Shown here piece after piece: positions 16,511 to 26,418 of a stretch of DNA of 64,000 nt (positions within the stretch are counted from its first letter, which is position 1; each line of letters starts with the position of its first letter). Origin of the DNA: Patescibacteria group bacterium (GTDB lineage Bacteria > Patescibacteriota > Microgenomatia > UBA12405); assembly GCA_018902845.1 (NCBI GenBank), contig JAHIPV010000007.1, forward strand, positions 6,989 to 70,988, given 5' to 3'. The position numbers and the translations under genes were made by a program. Under the pieces are notes generated by a model. The model saw only the letters and a program-made list of their open reading frames with translations, did no database searches and was not told the origin of the DNA.

Positions 16511-19171
16511 ATGAAAATTTGTAATTGGTGTAAAAATTGGAGAAGATCGATTAGAAGGTGGGTTGTTGGAATAAAAAGGATGAACAGAAAGAGATTTTTG
16601 TTATGGTGTTTTAGTATTTTGGCGGTAGTGATGTTGTGTGGTTTATTTTTTACAGTAATTGTATTTGCTTGGTTTTCTAAAGATTTGCCCAGTCCGAATA
16701 AAGTAGTTAGGAGAGAGGGTTTTGCCAGTAAGGTTTATGATCGGAATGGAGAACTTTTGTATGATGTCTATAAGGATGTAAAAAGAACTCCGGTTTTGTG
16801 GGAAGATATTCCAGAGTATTTGAAACAGGCGACTATCGCCATTGAAGACAAAAGTTTTTATGAACACAAAGGATTTGACCCCTTGACTCCTTTTAGAATT
16901 TTTAAAGACATTATTTTTAAGAGAAGATTGATCGGTGGTTCCACCTTGACACAGCAATTGGTAAAAAATGTTTTGTTGAGTTCGGAAAGGACTGTGGTGA
17001 GAAAAATTCGTGAATTTATTTTGGCTGTTCAGATCGAAAAGAAATACAGTAAGGACGAAATCCTTTTAATGTATTTAAATGAAGTTCCTTATGGCGGGGC
17101 GGCTTGGGGGGTTGGACCGGCATCCGAGCAGTATTTTGGTAAGGAAGTTAAAGAGTTAGACTTGACAGAATCTGTTATTTTGGCCGGATTACCGCAAAGG
17201 CCCAGTGTTTATTCGCCTTTTTCTGAAAATCCAAAGGCTTATGTGGGGAGAAGCGAAGATGTTTTGAATAGAATGAGAGAAGATGGATATATAAGTAAGG
17301 AGTTGGTTAAAGAAATTTTGGAAAAAGTTGAAAATTACAGTTTTGACGAAGGTAGATCGACCATAAAAGCACCTCATTTTGTTTTATGGGTGAAAGAGCA
17401 ATTAGCGCAGCGTTATGGTGATGAAGTAGTGGAAGGAGGTGGGTTAAAAATTACCACTACCTTAGATTTGGAATTACAAGATAAGACTCAGGGTATTGTG
17501 GCAGAAGAGATAGAAAAAGCTGAGACTTTGGGTATTTCTAATGGAGCGGCTTTGATATTAGACCCCAGGAATGGACAAGTGCTGGCGATGGTGGGTTCCA
17601 GAGGCTATTTTTCAGATAAAACGGATGGAAAGTTTAATGTAGTAACTCAATCACTAAGACAACCTGGTTCGTCCATTAAGCCTGTGACTTATCTGGCTGC
17701 CATAAAAAAAGGATATACTGCGTCCAGCATGATTATAGATGCGCCTGTTTCTTTTCCCGGTGGAGTGGGTCAGAAAGATTACGAGCCAAAGAATTACACA
17801 GGAAAGTTTATCGGTCCCCTATCGCTTCGTTATGCTTTGGGAAATTCTATCAATACGACGGCTGTAAAAATGTTAGCAAATGTAGGCTTAGAGAATATGA
17901 TGATGACGGCGTATGAAATGGGTTTGAATACGTTGGAGCCCACAAAAGACAATATGAGACGTTTTGGTTTATCTGTTACTCTTGGTGGAGCTGAAGTAAA
18001 GATGACAGAAATGTCTGGAGCTTATAGTGCCTTTGCCAATGGTGGTAAAAAGGTTGATCTGGTTGGTGTTTTGAAGGTTGAGGATAGGAACGGAAGAGTG
18101 TTGGAAGAGTACAAAGAAGTTGGTTTGAAGCAAGTGATTGATGCTAAAGAGGCTTTTTTGATCTCTCATATTTTGTCTGACAATTCGGCTCGAGAGATTA
18201 CCTTTGGGCAAGTGAATGGTTTGGTTATTCCAAACTATCAAGTATCGGTAAAGACCGGGACTACTAATGATAAAAGAGATAATTGGTGTGTTGGCTGGAC
18301 TCCAAATTTACTGGTAAATGTATGGGTTGGTAATAATGATAATTCGCCAATGTTGAAAGTAGCGTCGGGAGTATCAGGTGCTACGCCTATTTGGAGAAAA
18401 ATAATGCTGTTTGAATTACCAAGAAGAGAAAGGCAAGATTTTCCGATTCCGGCTGGAATTATACATATGGATGTTGACAAAATTTCGGGATATACGGCTC
18501 ATGATGGTTTTGATGCTAGGTCTGAGTATTTTATTGATGGAACTCAACCTATTAACGATGATCCTATACATTTGAAGTTAAAAGTGTGTAGAGATGCCAA
18601 TGGTTTAGCAACTCCCGAAGATGTAGTTTCAAGCAATTACGAAGAAAAAGAGTACTTTAAGTTTTTTGAAGACGACCCGGTTTCGACTGATGGAAAAAAC
18701 AGGTGGCAGGAAGGAATTGATGAGTGGATTGCCAGTCAGCCAGATAATGATAAGTATTTTCCGCCAGCAGAATATTGCAGGAGTGAGGGGATGGTAAATG
18801 TGGGGATTGATAATCCGGCCCACGAGTCAACCGTGGAAAATGATATAGAAATTAGGATAGGGACTAATTCGGTAAAAAAGATTATTGAAGTAAAATTATG
18901 GGTTGATGGTAAGGAGAAAAAGACGTGGACAGATAGGCCTTTTGAGATGAGTTTGCATTTGGAAGATGGTCCGCACCTTTTGAAGGTGATAGCAAAAGAT
19001 AAAGATGGGAATAGTGGTGAAAGAGAGGCTAGAATTGGAGTTAATGTGCCTTGGGATTGGAGTCCCTCCCCTACCGCCAGTCCGACTGACACTCCAACAC
19101 CAACTATTGAACCGACTCCGACAGGATCAGGCAGTACCCCGACCCTGTCGGAAACTCCTATGCCGATTTAG
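16511..19171 (+). CDS. class A penicillin-binding protein (transglycosylase + transpeptidase) with C-terminal extra domain and PT-rich tail
   Basis: GT51 motif EDKSFYEHKGFD; transpeptidase SSIKP (SXXK), KTGTTND (KTG); N-terminal TM. Confidence 0.85.
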   Translation: MKICNWCKNWRRSIRRWVVGIKRMNRKRFLLWCFSILAVVMLCGLFFTVIVFAWFSKDLPSPNKVVRREGFASKVYDRNGELLYDVYKDVKRTPVLWEDIPEYLKQATIAIEDKSFYEHKGFDPLTPFRIFKDIIFKRRLIGGSTLTQQLVKNVLLSSERTVVRKIREFILAVQIEKKYSKDEILLMYLNEVPYGGAAWGVGPASEQYFGKEVKELDLTESVILAGLPQRPSVYSPFSENPKAYVGRSEDVLNRMREDGYISKELVKEILEKVENYSFDEGRSTIKAPHFVLWVKEQLAQRYGDEVVEGGGLKITTTLDLELQDKTQGIVAEEIEKAETLGISNGAALILDPRNGQVLAMVGSRGYFSDKTDGKFNVVTQSLRQPGSSIKPVTYLAAIKKGYTASSMIIDAPVSFPGGVGQKDYEPKNYTGKFIGPLSLRYALGNSINTTAVKMLANVGLENMMMTAYEMGLNTLEPTKDNMRRFGLSVTLGGAEVKMTEMSGAYSAFANGGKKVDLVGVLKVEDRNGRVLEEYKEVGLKQVIDAKEAFLISHILSDNSAREITFGQVNGLVIPNYQVSVKTGTTNDKRDNWCVGWTPNLLVNVWVGNNDNSPMLKVASGVSGATPIWRKIMLFELPRRERQDFPIPAGIIHMDVDKISGYTAHDGFDARSEYFIDGTQPINDDPIHLKLKVCRDANGLATPEDVVSSNYEEKEYFKFFEDDPVSTDGKNRWQEGIDEWIASQPDNDKYFPPAEYCRSEGMVNVGIDNPAHESTVENDIEIRIGTNSVKKIIEVKLWVDGKEKKTWTDRPFEMSLHLEDGPHLLKVIAKDKDGNSGEREARIGVNVPWDWSPSPTASPTDTPTPTIEPTPTGSGSTPTLSETPMPI

Positions 19172-19202
19172 GTTTGAGTTAATGTTTTATAGATTCTAGA
19201 AA

Positions 19203-19380
19203 TTGTTGTCATTGCGAGGAAATCACGTTTAAATTTCTTAATTTATTACGTGACGACGTGGCAATCCCGTAGGGATTTTAATCACGTTTTTTACATTTCC
19301 AACTGGGATCCTCCAGAGGTGGACACGTTGCCATGGAAATGGGCGACCGCAAGGGTCGCCCCTACAAAAGGCAATGACAA
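19203..19380. mobile_element. ~178-bp MITE-like element with terminal inverted repeats ttgtcattgc...gcaatgacaa, containing repeat A and a hairpin-B variant
   Basis: TIRs read directly; internal gggcgaccgcaagggtcgcccctaca (19341-19366) and cctccagaggtggac (19310-19324). Confidence 0.6.
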
Positions 19381-19455
19381 TTAGTATTATCTGTAGGTGG
19401 GTCAGGGATTTGTGTTATTGACATGTTTGTTTTTGTACATTATGATGATGTATAG

Positions 19456-19773
19456 ATGATTGAGCACTTTGATGTTTTAAGGGTTGATGGATTTGATTGG
19501 GACGAGGGTAACTTGCGCAAGAATAAGGTAAAGCATAATGTTGAAATTGAAGAGTGCCAAGAAGTTGTATTTGATGAGCCTATTTACTTTTTTGATGAAA
19601 AACATTCACAAAAAGAGGAAAGATTTATTGGATATGGTTTGACAAATAGAAAAAGATATTTAATTATTGTTTTTACGATCCGTAGAAATAAAATAAGAAT
19701 TATTTCTGCTAGAGATCAAAATAAAAAAGAAAGGAGAATATATGAAAAAAATAAAAAAAATACCAAGATTTAG
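19456..19773 (+). CDS. brnT: BrnT-family toxin (DUF497 ribonuclease toxin)
   Basis: FDWDEGNLRKNKVKHNV motif characteristic of BrnT/COG2929; small size; followed by overlapping antitoxin-like gene. Confidence 0.65.
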   Translation: MIEHFDVLRVDGFDWDEGNLRKNKVKHNVEIEECQEVVFDEPIYFFDEKHSQKEERFIGYGLTNRKRYLIIVFTIRRNKIRIISARDQNKKERRIYEKNKKNTKI

Positions 19774-20017
19774 AAACGAAAAAGAAGAAAATGAGTTTTG
19801 GCTAAATCATGATACTACCGAGTATTTTGATATGTCCAGACCGATGAAAATGTTTTTTCCAAATTTGAAACCAAGTACAAAAAAAATAACTTTACGTTTA
19901 CCAACTAACTTGTTGTATAAAATAAAAACTTTAGCTAATGAAAGAGATGTTCCATACCAATCTTTTATGAAAGTGTTGCTTAATGAAAAAGTAAGTAGGC
20001 TGATTTTAGGCGCTTAG
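19742..20017 (+). CDS. brnA: BrnA-family antitoxin
   Basis: Overlaps brnT by 32 nt; 91 aa; C-terminal RHH-like region (KITLRLPTNLLYKIKTLANERDVPYQSFMKVLL). Confidence 0.55.
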   Translation: MKKIKKIPRFRNEKEENEFWLNHDTTEYFDMSRPMKMFFPNLKPSTKKITLRLPTNLLYKIKTLANERDVPYQSFMKVLLNEKVSRLILGA

Positions 20018-21957
20018 TTAAGATTAAAAGATTTGAGGTGGAGGGATTTGGCGGATTTGGCATCGATGTTGTAATAGGAAATGCGGAAGGTGTAGCGGTA
20101 GAGGTTTGATGCTTTGTCGTGGTAAATGTCCGTAATTGTAATCTTATACAGGTTTTTGCCGATTATTTTTGAATATTTTTTTAATAGTTTTTGTGGGTTT
20201 TGTTTTTCTTTTAGCTCTATATTAGCGTCAAGAGTAATAATTTGGGAAGTTAATTCTATAGTGGAAGTGGTGGGTGGTGTATGGGAGATGGGGATAAGAG
20301 GGATATCTTTAATTTTTAATTTTTCTAAATTGAATTCAACACAATAACCGTTTTTGATTGGAAGTATGGTGTGTTTTGGTGCTGAAAGTTTTAGCTGTTG
20401 AAATAGTGATTTGATATCTTTTTTTAGTTGGTTTTTGTTTTGATGAAAAATTCCTAAGGAGTAGTTTTCTTGATAATTATTTAAATTAGTTGGTTGGTCA
20501 GGAGATCCCTCCACTTCGGTCGGGATGACAGAGAAGACTTTGCCGATTTCGAAGAATTGAGGGTTTGGTACTTTGTATTTGGCATATTGTTTTGATTGTT
20601 TTGTAAGGGAGGCGATAATTGATTGGCGTAAAATTGGGTATTTTGAATTAATGCTATTTTGGGTGTGGATGGCGTTGTTTGGATTAGGAATGTAATCGTT
20701 TTTTTTGATTAACGGCCAGGAACGGATTTCGTCATAACCCAAATTAATTAAAATATTTTGAATTGATTGTATCAGGTAGAGTATTTTTGGGGTAATATCG
20801 GGTAGTTTTTTACTTGAGATTGGTTTATTTGTTGGAATTTTATCGTAGCCAAAGTAACGAATGACCTCTTCTATAAGATCTTCTTCTATGTTGATGTCTT
20901 TGCGGATGGATGGAGGGGTGATGAGATAACTGTGGGATTCTTCGCTGTGCTCAGAATGACGCTGTGTGGTTCGCTTGTGTTTGTATGTGGTGATTTGGCA
21001 ACCAAGTTTTTTTAGAATATCTAAACTAAAATCTGATGAAATATTTACTCCGGCATATTGACTGACTTTTTTTGGATTAAATTTTATTTCGATTGACTTT
21101 GGTTTTTGAGGATAATATTCGTATAAGTTGCTGATGATTTGACCGTTACAGTTTTTAAGAATTAATTGCGTTAAATGATTGAAAGCTAATGGAATGAGTT
21201 TTGTATCTAAAAATTTATCTAATCTAATACTGGCCTCTGTGATTGTTTTTAGGGTTCTGGAGTCTTTGCGTACCCTTAAACGATTATAAACAGCCATTTC
21301 GATTATTATTTCTTCTGTAAAAAGATCAATAGCGCAGGCTTGTCCTCCCAAAAAAGATAAGGACAGGGCTTTTTTGGGATTATTTACCATTAAGGTATTA
21401 GTTTTTAATTCGAGTTTGGTGCCGTCTAATGTAACAAATTGCTTATATTTGTTGTTGTTTAGTTCCCAAATTAATTCATCTCCTGATTTTTTGGTGTCAA
21501 AAGCATGGCAAGGAATGCCATAAAGGATCATGATGTAGTTGGTTAGATTGACAATAGTATTGATGGGGTTTATATCATGCAGTTTTAGAAATTTTTTGAG
21601 CCAGTTGGGTGAAGAAGAATTTTTTAGTTTAGAAATGCGGATGGCCTGGATGCGGTTAACATTTTTTTGGGTGGTTACTTTGATTGGAAGTTGGTAATTG
21701 GAGTTAATTTTTGGCAGAGCAATTTTATCTAAGTTTAATGGGCCGTAAAGGACTGATAAATCGTTTGCTATGCCGTAGTAACCCAGACACTCTCCTCTGT
21801 TTTGACGGATTTCCAGGCCTATTATTTTTTCATTGTCTTTGTATTCGAGTGAATCATTAAAGTGTCCCAGCATGGTTAGTTTATCGGCTATTTTTTTAAC
21901 CGAATGATTTTTTAGAGCCGGTAGTAATTTTTGTAGATGAGAGTAAATTATTTTCAT
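20014..21957 (-). CDS. pheT: phenylalanyl-tRNA synthetase beta subunit (with in-frame repeat-derived insertions)
   Basis: Follows pheS with 1-nt overlap; B3/4 and FDX-ACB-like C-terminus. Family C repeat copy at 20497-20533 encodes SVIPTEVEGSP in-frame. A second repeat-like segment at ~20935-21000 encodes RTTQRHSEHSEESH. Confidence 0.75.
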   Translation of the reverse strand: MKIIYSHLQKLLPALKNHSVKKIADKLTMLGHFNDSLEYKDNEKIIGLEIRQNRGECLGYYGIANDLSVLYGPLNLDKIALPKINSNYQLPIKVTTQKNVNRIQAIRISKLKNSSSPNWLKKFLKLHDINPINTIVNLTNYIMILYGIPCHAFDTKKSGDELIWELNNNKYKQFVTLDGTKLELKTNTLMVNNPKKALSLSFLGGQACAIDLFTEEIIIEMAVYNRLRVRKDSRTLKTITEASIRLDKFLDTKLIPLAFNHLTQLILKNCNGQIISNLYEYYPQKPKSIEIKFNPKKVSQYAGVNISSDFSLDILKKLGCQITTYKHKRTTQRHSEHSEESHSYLITPPSIRKDINIEEDLIEEVIRYFGYDKIPTNKPISSKKLPDITPKILYLIQSIQNILINLGYDEIRSWPLIKKNDYIPNPNNAIHTQNSINSKYPILRQSIIASLTKQSKQYAKYKVPNPQFFEIGKVFSVIPTEVEGSPDQPTNLNNYQENYSLGIFHQNKNQLKKDIKSLFQQLKLSAPKHTILPIKNGYCVEFNLEKLKIKDIPLIPISHTPPTTSTIELTSQIITLDANIELKEKQNPQKLLKKYSKIIGKNLYKITITDIYHDKASNLYRYTFRISYYNIDAKSAKSLHLKSFNLN

Positions 21958-22952
21958 TATTTATTTGGTAGATAGGCGAGGTTGCCGCCTGAAAATGTTC
22001 TAATGTCTTTGATGTTATATTTGGCCATGGTCCATCGGTCCAGTCCCATACCAAAAGCAAAACCACTCCATTTTTTGGGATCAATATTGGCTTTTTGTAG
22101 AACAATAGGATGAATTATACCGGCGCCACCCATTTCTACCCAACCGGCTCCTTTGCATATAGCACAACCTTTTTCTTTGCAATTAAAACATTGCATATCT
22201 AATCCGACACCCGGTTCGACCTCCGGATAGTATTTGGGACGATAGCGAACGGTTACATTTGGTCCATACAGGGTTTTGAACATCAGATCCATGGTTCCAA
22301 AAAGATTTTTGAGTGTCATATTTTTACCAACAACTACTGCTTGGTATTGATTAAAAGTAAAATGATTACTTTTGTTGACTTTTTCGTTTCTGTATACTTT
22401 GCCTGGAAAAGCAACTTTGAATGGAGGTTTTTCTTGACTTAACAGCCTGGCTTCGACAGAAGATGTTTGGGTACGAAGCAGAATTTCCGGTTCTTTGATA
22501 AAAATACTGTCTTGAAGTTCTCTGGCCGGATGATCTTTTGGCAGATTAAGTCTTTCAAAACAGAATTCGTCTGTTTCTATTTCGGGTCCGTCATAGATAG
22601 AAAAACCAAGTTTTTTAAACAGAGAATTGATTTGGTTTTCAGTAGTGGTAATAGGGTGAAGATGGCCAATTTTGGGTAAGGCAAAAATGGAATTTGTGAT
22701 TTTTGTTTCTTTGGGTACTTTATTTTGCTTGGCAATTTTTAAAGCTTGTTTTTTTATTAGATTTTGTAGCTGGGATTTTAGTTTATTTAGTTTTTGGCCG
22801 TATTGCTGGCGATTGTCAGGTTGTTGGTTTTTGATTTCTGAAAAAAGCTGATTAATTAAACCTTTTCGACCGAGTAGTTTGATGCGAAGTGTTTCCAGTT
22901 CTGAACTAGAATTAGAAGAGGCGATTTGTGTTTGATATTTTTTTAAGTTCAT
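21957..22952 (-). CDS. pheS: phenylalanyl-tRNA synthetase alpha subunit
   Basis: Class II motifs: FPGKVYRNE, GWVEMGGAGIIHP, GFAFGMGLDR. Confidence 0.85.
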   Translation of the reverse strand: MNLKKYQTQIASSNSSSELETLRIKLLGRKGLINQLFSEIKNQQPDNRQQYGQKLNKLKSQLQNLIKKQALKIAKQNKVPKETKITNSIFALPKIGHLHPITTTENQINSLFKKLGFSIYDGPEIETDEFCFERLNLPKDHPARELQDSIFIKEPEILLRTQTSSVEARLLSQEKPPFKVAFPGKVYRNEKVNKSNHFTFNQYQAVVVGKNMTLKNLFGTMDLMFKTLYGPNVTVRYRPKYYPEVEPGVGLDMQCFNCKEKGCAICKGAGWVEMGGAGIIHPIVLQKANIDPKKWSGFAFGMGLDRWTMAKYNIKDIRTFSGGNLAYLPNK

Positions 22953-23013
22953 TACTCCCCTTCTCTAGTTTCTAAAAAAGAATGAGAATTTGAGAGGTTT
23001 TTGTGTCATGGGA

Positions 23014-23355
23014 TTATTTTACAAAATTTACTATTTCTTTGAAAGTAGTAGGATCATTTAGAGCGATTTCAGATAAAACTTTTCTGTTTAATTCTATTTT
23101 TTTATCTTTAAGAAGTTTAATGAATTTAGAGTAGGAAATTTTAAAAGTAGTAAGAGCGGCATTTAACCTTACTATCCAGAGTTTACGTGTGTCCCTTTTT
23201 CTAAGTTTACGGCCATTAAAAGCATATTGGCCAGCGTGCATAACGGCTTCGTTGGCTACTTTAAATCTTTTGTGGCGGGTCATCCAGTAGCCTTTGGCTA
23301 GTTTTAGTATTTTTTTGTGTCTTTTTTTTCTGACTATTCCTGTTTTTATTCGCAT
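23014..23355 (-). CDS. rplT: 50S ribosomal protein L20
   Basis: KRHKKILKLAKGYWMTRHKRFKVANEAVMHAGQYAF matches L20. Confidence 0.85.
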   Translation of the reverse strand: MRIKTGIVRKKRHKKILKLAKGYWMTRHKRFKVANEAVMHAGQYAFNGRKLRKRDTRKLWIVRLNAALTTFKISYSKFIKLLKDKKIELNRKVLSEIALNDPTTFKEIVNFVK

Positions 23356-23358
23356 AAT

Positions 23359-23568
23359 TTACCCCTTACCTAATAATTTTTTTACTTTAATAGCGAGTTT
23401 TCCTCCGACATTTTTTTTACCTTTAAGGCGTCTGAGTTGTCGTTTGCTTTTTTTTCTTTTTAGATGTCTGTTAAATGAGGATAGCCTGAGAACTTTTCCG
23501 GTTTTTGTAATCTTGAATCGATTACTGACTGATTTTTTAATTTTTAATTTTCTGCTTTTCTTTTTCAT
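23359..23568 (-). CDS. rpmI: 50S ribosomal protein L35
   Basis: Basic 69-aa protein MKKKSRKLKIKKSVSNRFKITKTGKVLR; position between infC and rplT. Confidence 0.7.
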   Translation of the reverse strand: MKKKSRKLKIKKSVSNRFKITKTGKVLRLSSFNRHLKRKKSKRQLRRLKGKKNVGGKLAIKVKKLLGKG

Positions 23569-24187
23569 TATGTTGTTTTATTTGCTCATTTTGAGGTGAT
23601 TGTGTAGGTATTTGTTTCTCCAGAGGCGGACTTCGTTGGCGCTCGTTTTTGGTTGGTGTTAAGGTCAGAAATAAATTTTTGCCTGTCAATTTTGTATTTC
23701 CTTCTGGAGTGGAAATATCTTCAAGATCTTTTTGGAATCTTTCAACCAATTTGTAACCAAATTCTTTTTTAGTTATTTGGCGACCCAGGAATTTTACACA
23801 TAATTTAACTTTATTTCCAGTTGATAAAAATTTTCTGGCCTTTTTGATTCTGGTTTCGTAATCACTTTGGCCTATGAAGGGTTTCATGTGGATTTCTTTC
23901 AGTTCTCCCCCTCTTGATCCTTTTTTGCTGTTTTTTTCTTTTTTGGCTTCCTGATATTTAAATTTAGCGAAATCAATGAGTTTTACTACCGGAGGTTTGG
24001 CTTTTGAGGCAATTTCGACTAGGTCAAGATTTGTTTCCTGCGATTTTTGTCTGGCATCATATAGAGATAAAATACCTATTTGTTTGTTGTTTTCATCAAT
24101 TAAACGAATTTGCGGAGCGGTTATGTATTGATTAATTTTATAAAATTTCTTTTTATAGTATTTGTATCTTGATTTTTGTTTTTTCAA
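23537..24187 (-). CDS. infC: translation initiation factor IF-3 (C-terminal tail contains in-frame hairpin-B repeat)
   Basis: IRLIDENNKQIGILS...LDLVEIASKAKPPVVKLIDFAKFKYQ IF3 motifs; probable non-ATG start as usual for infC; tail ...ERQRSPPLEK encoded by ctccagaggcggact (23628-23642). Confidence 0.8.
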   Translation of the reverse strand: MKKQKSRYKYYKKKFYKINQYITAPQIRLIDENNKQIGILSLYDARQKSQETNLDLVEIASKAKPPVVKLIDFAKFKYQEAKKEKNSKKGSRGGELKEIHMKPFIGQSDYETRIKKARKFLSTGNKVKLCVKFLGRQITKKEFGYKLVERFQKDLEDISTPEGNTKLTGKNLFLTLTPTKNERQRSPPLEKQIPTQSPQNEQIKQHNEKEKQKIKN

Positions 24188-24210
24188 TTAGTCTTTAAAT
24201 TAATAATTAC

Positions 24211-24313
24211 TGTCATTTCGACCGAGTGAAATGAGTGGAGAAATCTCTTGACCTTTTTTATTTTTTAATAAATTGAGTGGTTATGAGATCCCTCGACTTC
24301 GTTCGGGATGACA
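24211..24313. repeat. MITE-like element family C (ctgtcatttcgaccgag ... gagatccctcgacttcgttcgggatgacac)
   Basis: Terminal inverted repeats read directly between infC start and thrS stop. Confidence 0.6.
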
Positions 24314-24319
24314 CTTTCT

Positions 24320-26101
24320 TTATTTTATCAGATTTAGGGATTTTTGGGATATTTGAGTTGAGATTTCTTTGATAAATTTTTCAAGAGGCATTGAACCCAA
24401 GTCCTGACCGTTTCGTTGACGGATCGAGACTGAATTTGAATCTACCTCACGTTGACCGATGATGAGCATGTATGGAGCTTTTTCTGTTTGAGCCAGTCTT
24501 ATTTTGTTTTGCATGGTTTCAGAACGGTCGTCAAGTTCTACTCTGATGTCTTTTTCTTTTAACTGTTTGGCTACTTTTTTGGCATAATCAATTTGTTTGT
24601 CGGTGATAGGGATGATTTTTGCCTGAACTGGCGAAAGCCAAACAGGAAAAGCCCCGGCAAAGTGCTCTATTAAAACGCCAATGAAGCGTTCCAGAGAACC
24701 AAGTAGTGCACGATGAATCATGTATGGAGTGTGTTCTTGGCCATCTTGTCCCGTGTAAACCATGTTGAACCTTTTTGGTAGATTGAAATCAAATTGAATT
24801 GTTGAAAGTTGCCATTTTCTACCCAGAGAGTCGGCAACCTTTAGATCAATTTTGGGGCCATAGAATACAGCTCCGCCAATATCTTCAACATAATCGTTGA
24901 TATATCCGACTTTTTTGATTACATTTTTTAACACCTTTTCGGCTGTTTTCCAGTTATTATCTGATCCGATAAATTTGTCTTTATTTTTTGGATCCCGAAT
25001 ACTAAGATTTAATTCAAAATTTTTGAAACCAAAAGTTTTGAAAATAAATAGAGTTAGTTCAAAAGCTTTTTCTATTTCGCTTGGAAGTTGTTTTGGTGTG
25101 CAAATGATGTGAGCATCGTCTTGAGTAAAACCCCTAACTCTGGTTAAACCGTGGAGAACACCACTTTTTTCGTAACGATAGACAGTACCCATTTCGGCCA
25201 GCCGTATTGGAAGTTCTTTGTAACTTTTTGGTTTGTTGTTGTAGATGGATACGTGAAAGGGGCAGTTCATGGGTTTTAATCTGTATTTTTCGTTTTCAAC
25301 TGTGAATTCTCCATATAAACTTTCTTTGTAGAATTCGAGATGGCCTGAGTGTTGCCAGAGTTTGTTGGAGGCGAAGTGTGGTGACCAAACTGGTTGATAA
25401 CCTTGTTTAAGATAAGTATCAAAGGCAAAGTCCATAACTTTTTTTCTAAGCCAGGCGCCTTTTGGTAACCAAAGAGGAAGACCTTGTCCCACTTCTTCGT
25501 CAAACATGAAGAGTTCTAATTCTTTGCCTAATTTTCTGTGATCGCGTTTTTTGGCTTCTTCTAAATTGTGTAAATATTGTTTTAGTTCTTTTTTTGATGG
25601 AAAAGCTGTGCCATAAATTCGAGTTAGCATTTTGTTTTTTTCATCTCCATGCCAGTAGGCTCCGGCGATTGAAAGTAGTTTAAAAGCTTTTATTTCACCA
25701 GTAGATTTGACGTGTGGACCAGCGCAAAGATCGACGAATTGGTCGGCTGTCCAATAAGTTAAAATTTTTTCATCCCTATCTCCTATTTGGCTTAACCATT
25801 CCTGTTTATAAGGATTATTTTTGAATAATTCTTTGGCTTTTTTTAAATTGATTTCTTTTTTGGTGAATTTGAGATTTTGATCAATAATTTTTTGCATTTC
25901 CTTTTCTATTTTGGGAAAGTCCTGTTCGCTGATTTTGAAATCTTTTAGATTTTCAAAGTCGAAATAAAAACCTTGGTCTGTGGCCGGTCCCATGGCCATG
26001 TGGAAAGAATTTTTACCAAAAAGATTTTGCATGGCTTGAGTTAAGACATGTTCTGCGCTGTGACGAAGGTTGAAAAGTGGGTCGTTTGTTTGTTTTGACA
26101 T
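24320..26101 (-). CDS. thrS: threonyl-tRNA synthetase
   Basis: Class II aaRS motifs, MNCPFHVSIY, zinc site; 593 aa. Confidence 0.85.
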   Translation of the reverse strand: MSKQTNDPLFNLRHSAEHVLTQAMQNLFGKNSFHMAMGPATDQGFYFDFENLKDFKISEQDFPKIEKEMQKIIDQNLKFTKKEINLKKAKELFKNNPYKQEWLSQIGDRDEKILTYWTADQFVDLCAGPHVKSTGEIKAFKLLSIAGAYWHGDEKNKMLTRIYGTAFPSKKELKQYLHNLEEAKKRDHRKLGKELELFMFDEEVGQGLPLWLPKGAWLRKKVMDFAFDTYLKQGYQPVWSPHFASNKLWQHSGHLEFYKESLYGEFTVENEKYRLKPMNCPFHVSIYNNKPKSYKELPIRLAEMGTVYRYEKSGVLHGLTRVRGFTQDDAHIICTPKQLPSEIEKAFELTLFIFKTFGFKNFELNLSIRDPKNKDKFIGSDNNWKTAEKVLKNVIKKVGYINDYVEDIGGAVFYGPKIDLKVADSLGRKWQLSTIQFDFNLPKRFNMVYTGQDGQEHTPYMIHRALLGSLERFIGVLIEHFAGAFPVWLSPVQAKIIPITDKQIDYAKKVAKQLKEKDIRVELDDRSETMQNKIRLAQTEKAPYMLIIGQREVDSNSVSIRQRNGQDLGSMPLEKFIKEISTQISQKSLNLIK

Positions 26102-26154
26102 TTTATTTTTTTTGATTAACTAATAATTGATTTTAACAGGAGGTGCAAGAAACC

Positions 26155-26176
26155 AAAAAACCTCCCTTGTGGGAGG
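26155..26176 (-). terminator. Rho-independent terminator-like hairpin (cctccc-ttgt-gggagg with flanking A/T runs), functional on both strands
   Basis: Read directly at 26155-26190; located downstream of minus-strand tRNA-Val. Confidence 0.5.
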
Positions 26177-26321
26177 CGAATTGTTTTTTGAAACTTTGTT
26201 TTAAATCACAAATTACTCCCCCCTTTAGATTTGGGTGGTAGTTGTAGTTGTGATTAAAACAGAAAGGTTCATTTGAAGGAAATTGTACAGAAGAATAGAA
26301 TGTTTGTCAAAGAAGAAATTT

Positions 26322-26398
26322 TGGTGAGTCTGGAAGGACTCGAACCTTCGACCTCATCGATGTCAACGATGCGCTCTAACCAACTGAGCCACAGACTC
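26322..26398 (-). tRNA. tRNA-Val (anticodon GAC), CCA encoded
   Basis: Reverse complement gggtctgtggctcagttggttagagcgcatcgttGACatcgatgaggtcgaaggttcgagtccttccagactcacca folds as canonical cloverleaf. Confidence 0.8.
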
Positions 26399-26418
26399 TT
26401 TGTTGGTAGTATAACAAA

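Noticed and set aside
26155-26190. Hairpin upstream of thrS as a T-box/leader regulatory element
   Set aside because: Too short and lacks specifier/T-box sequence; better explained as a bidirectional terminator following tRNA-Val.
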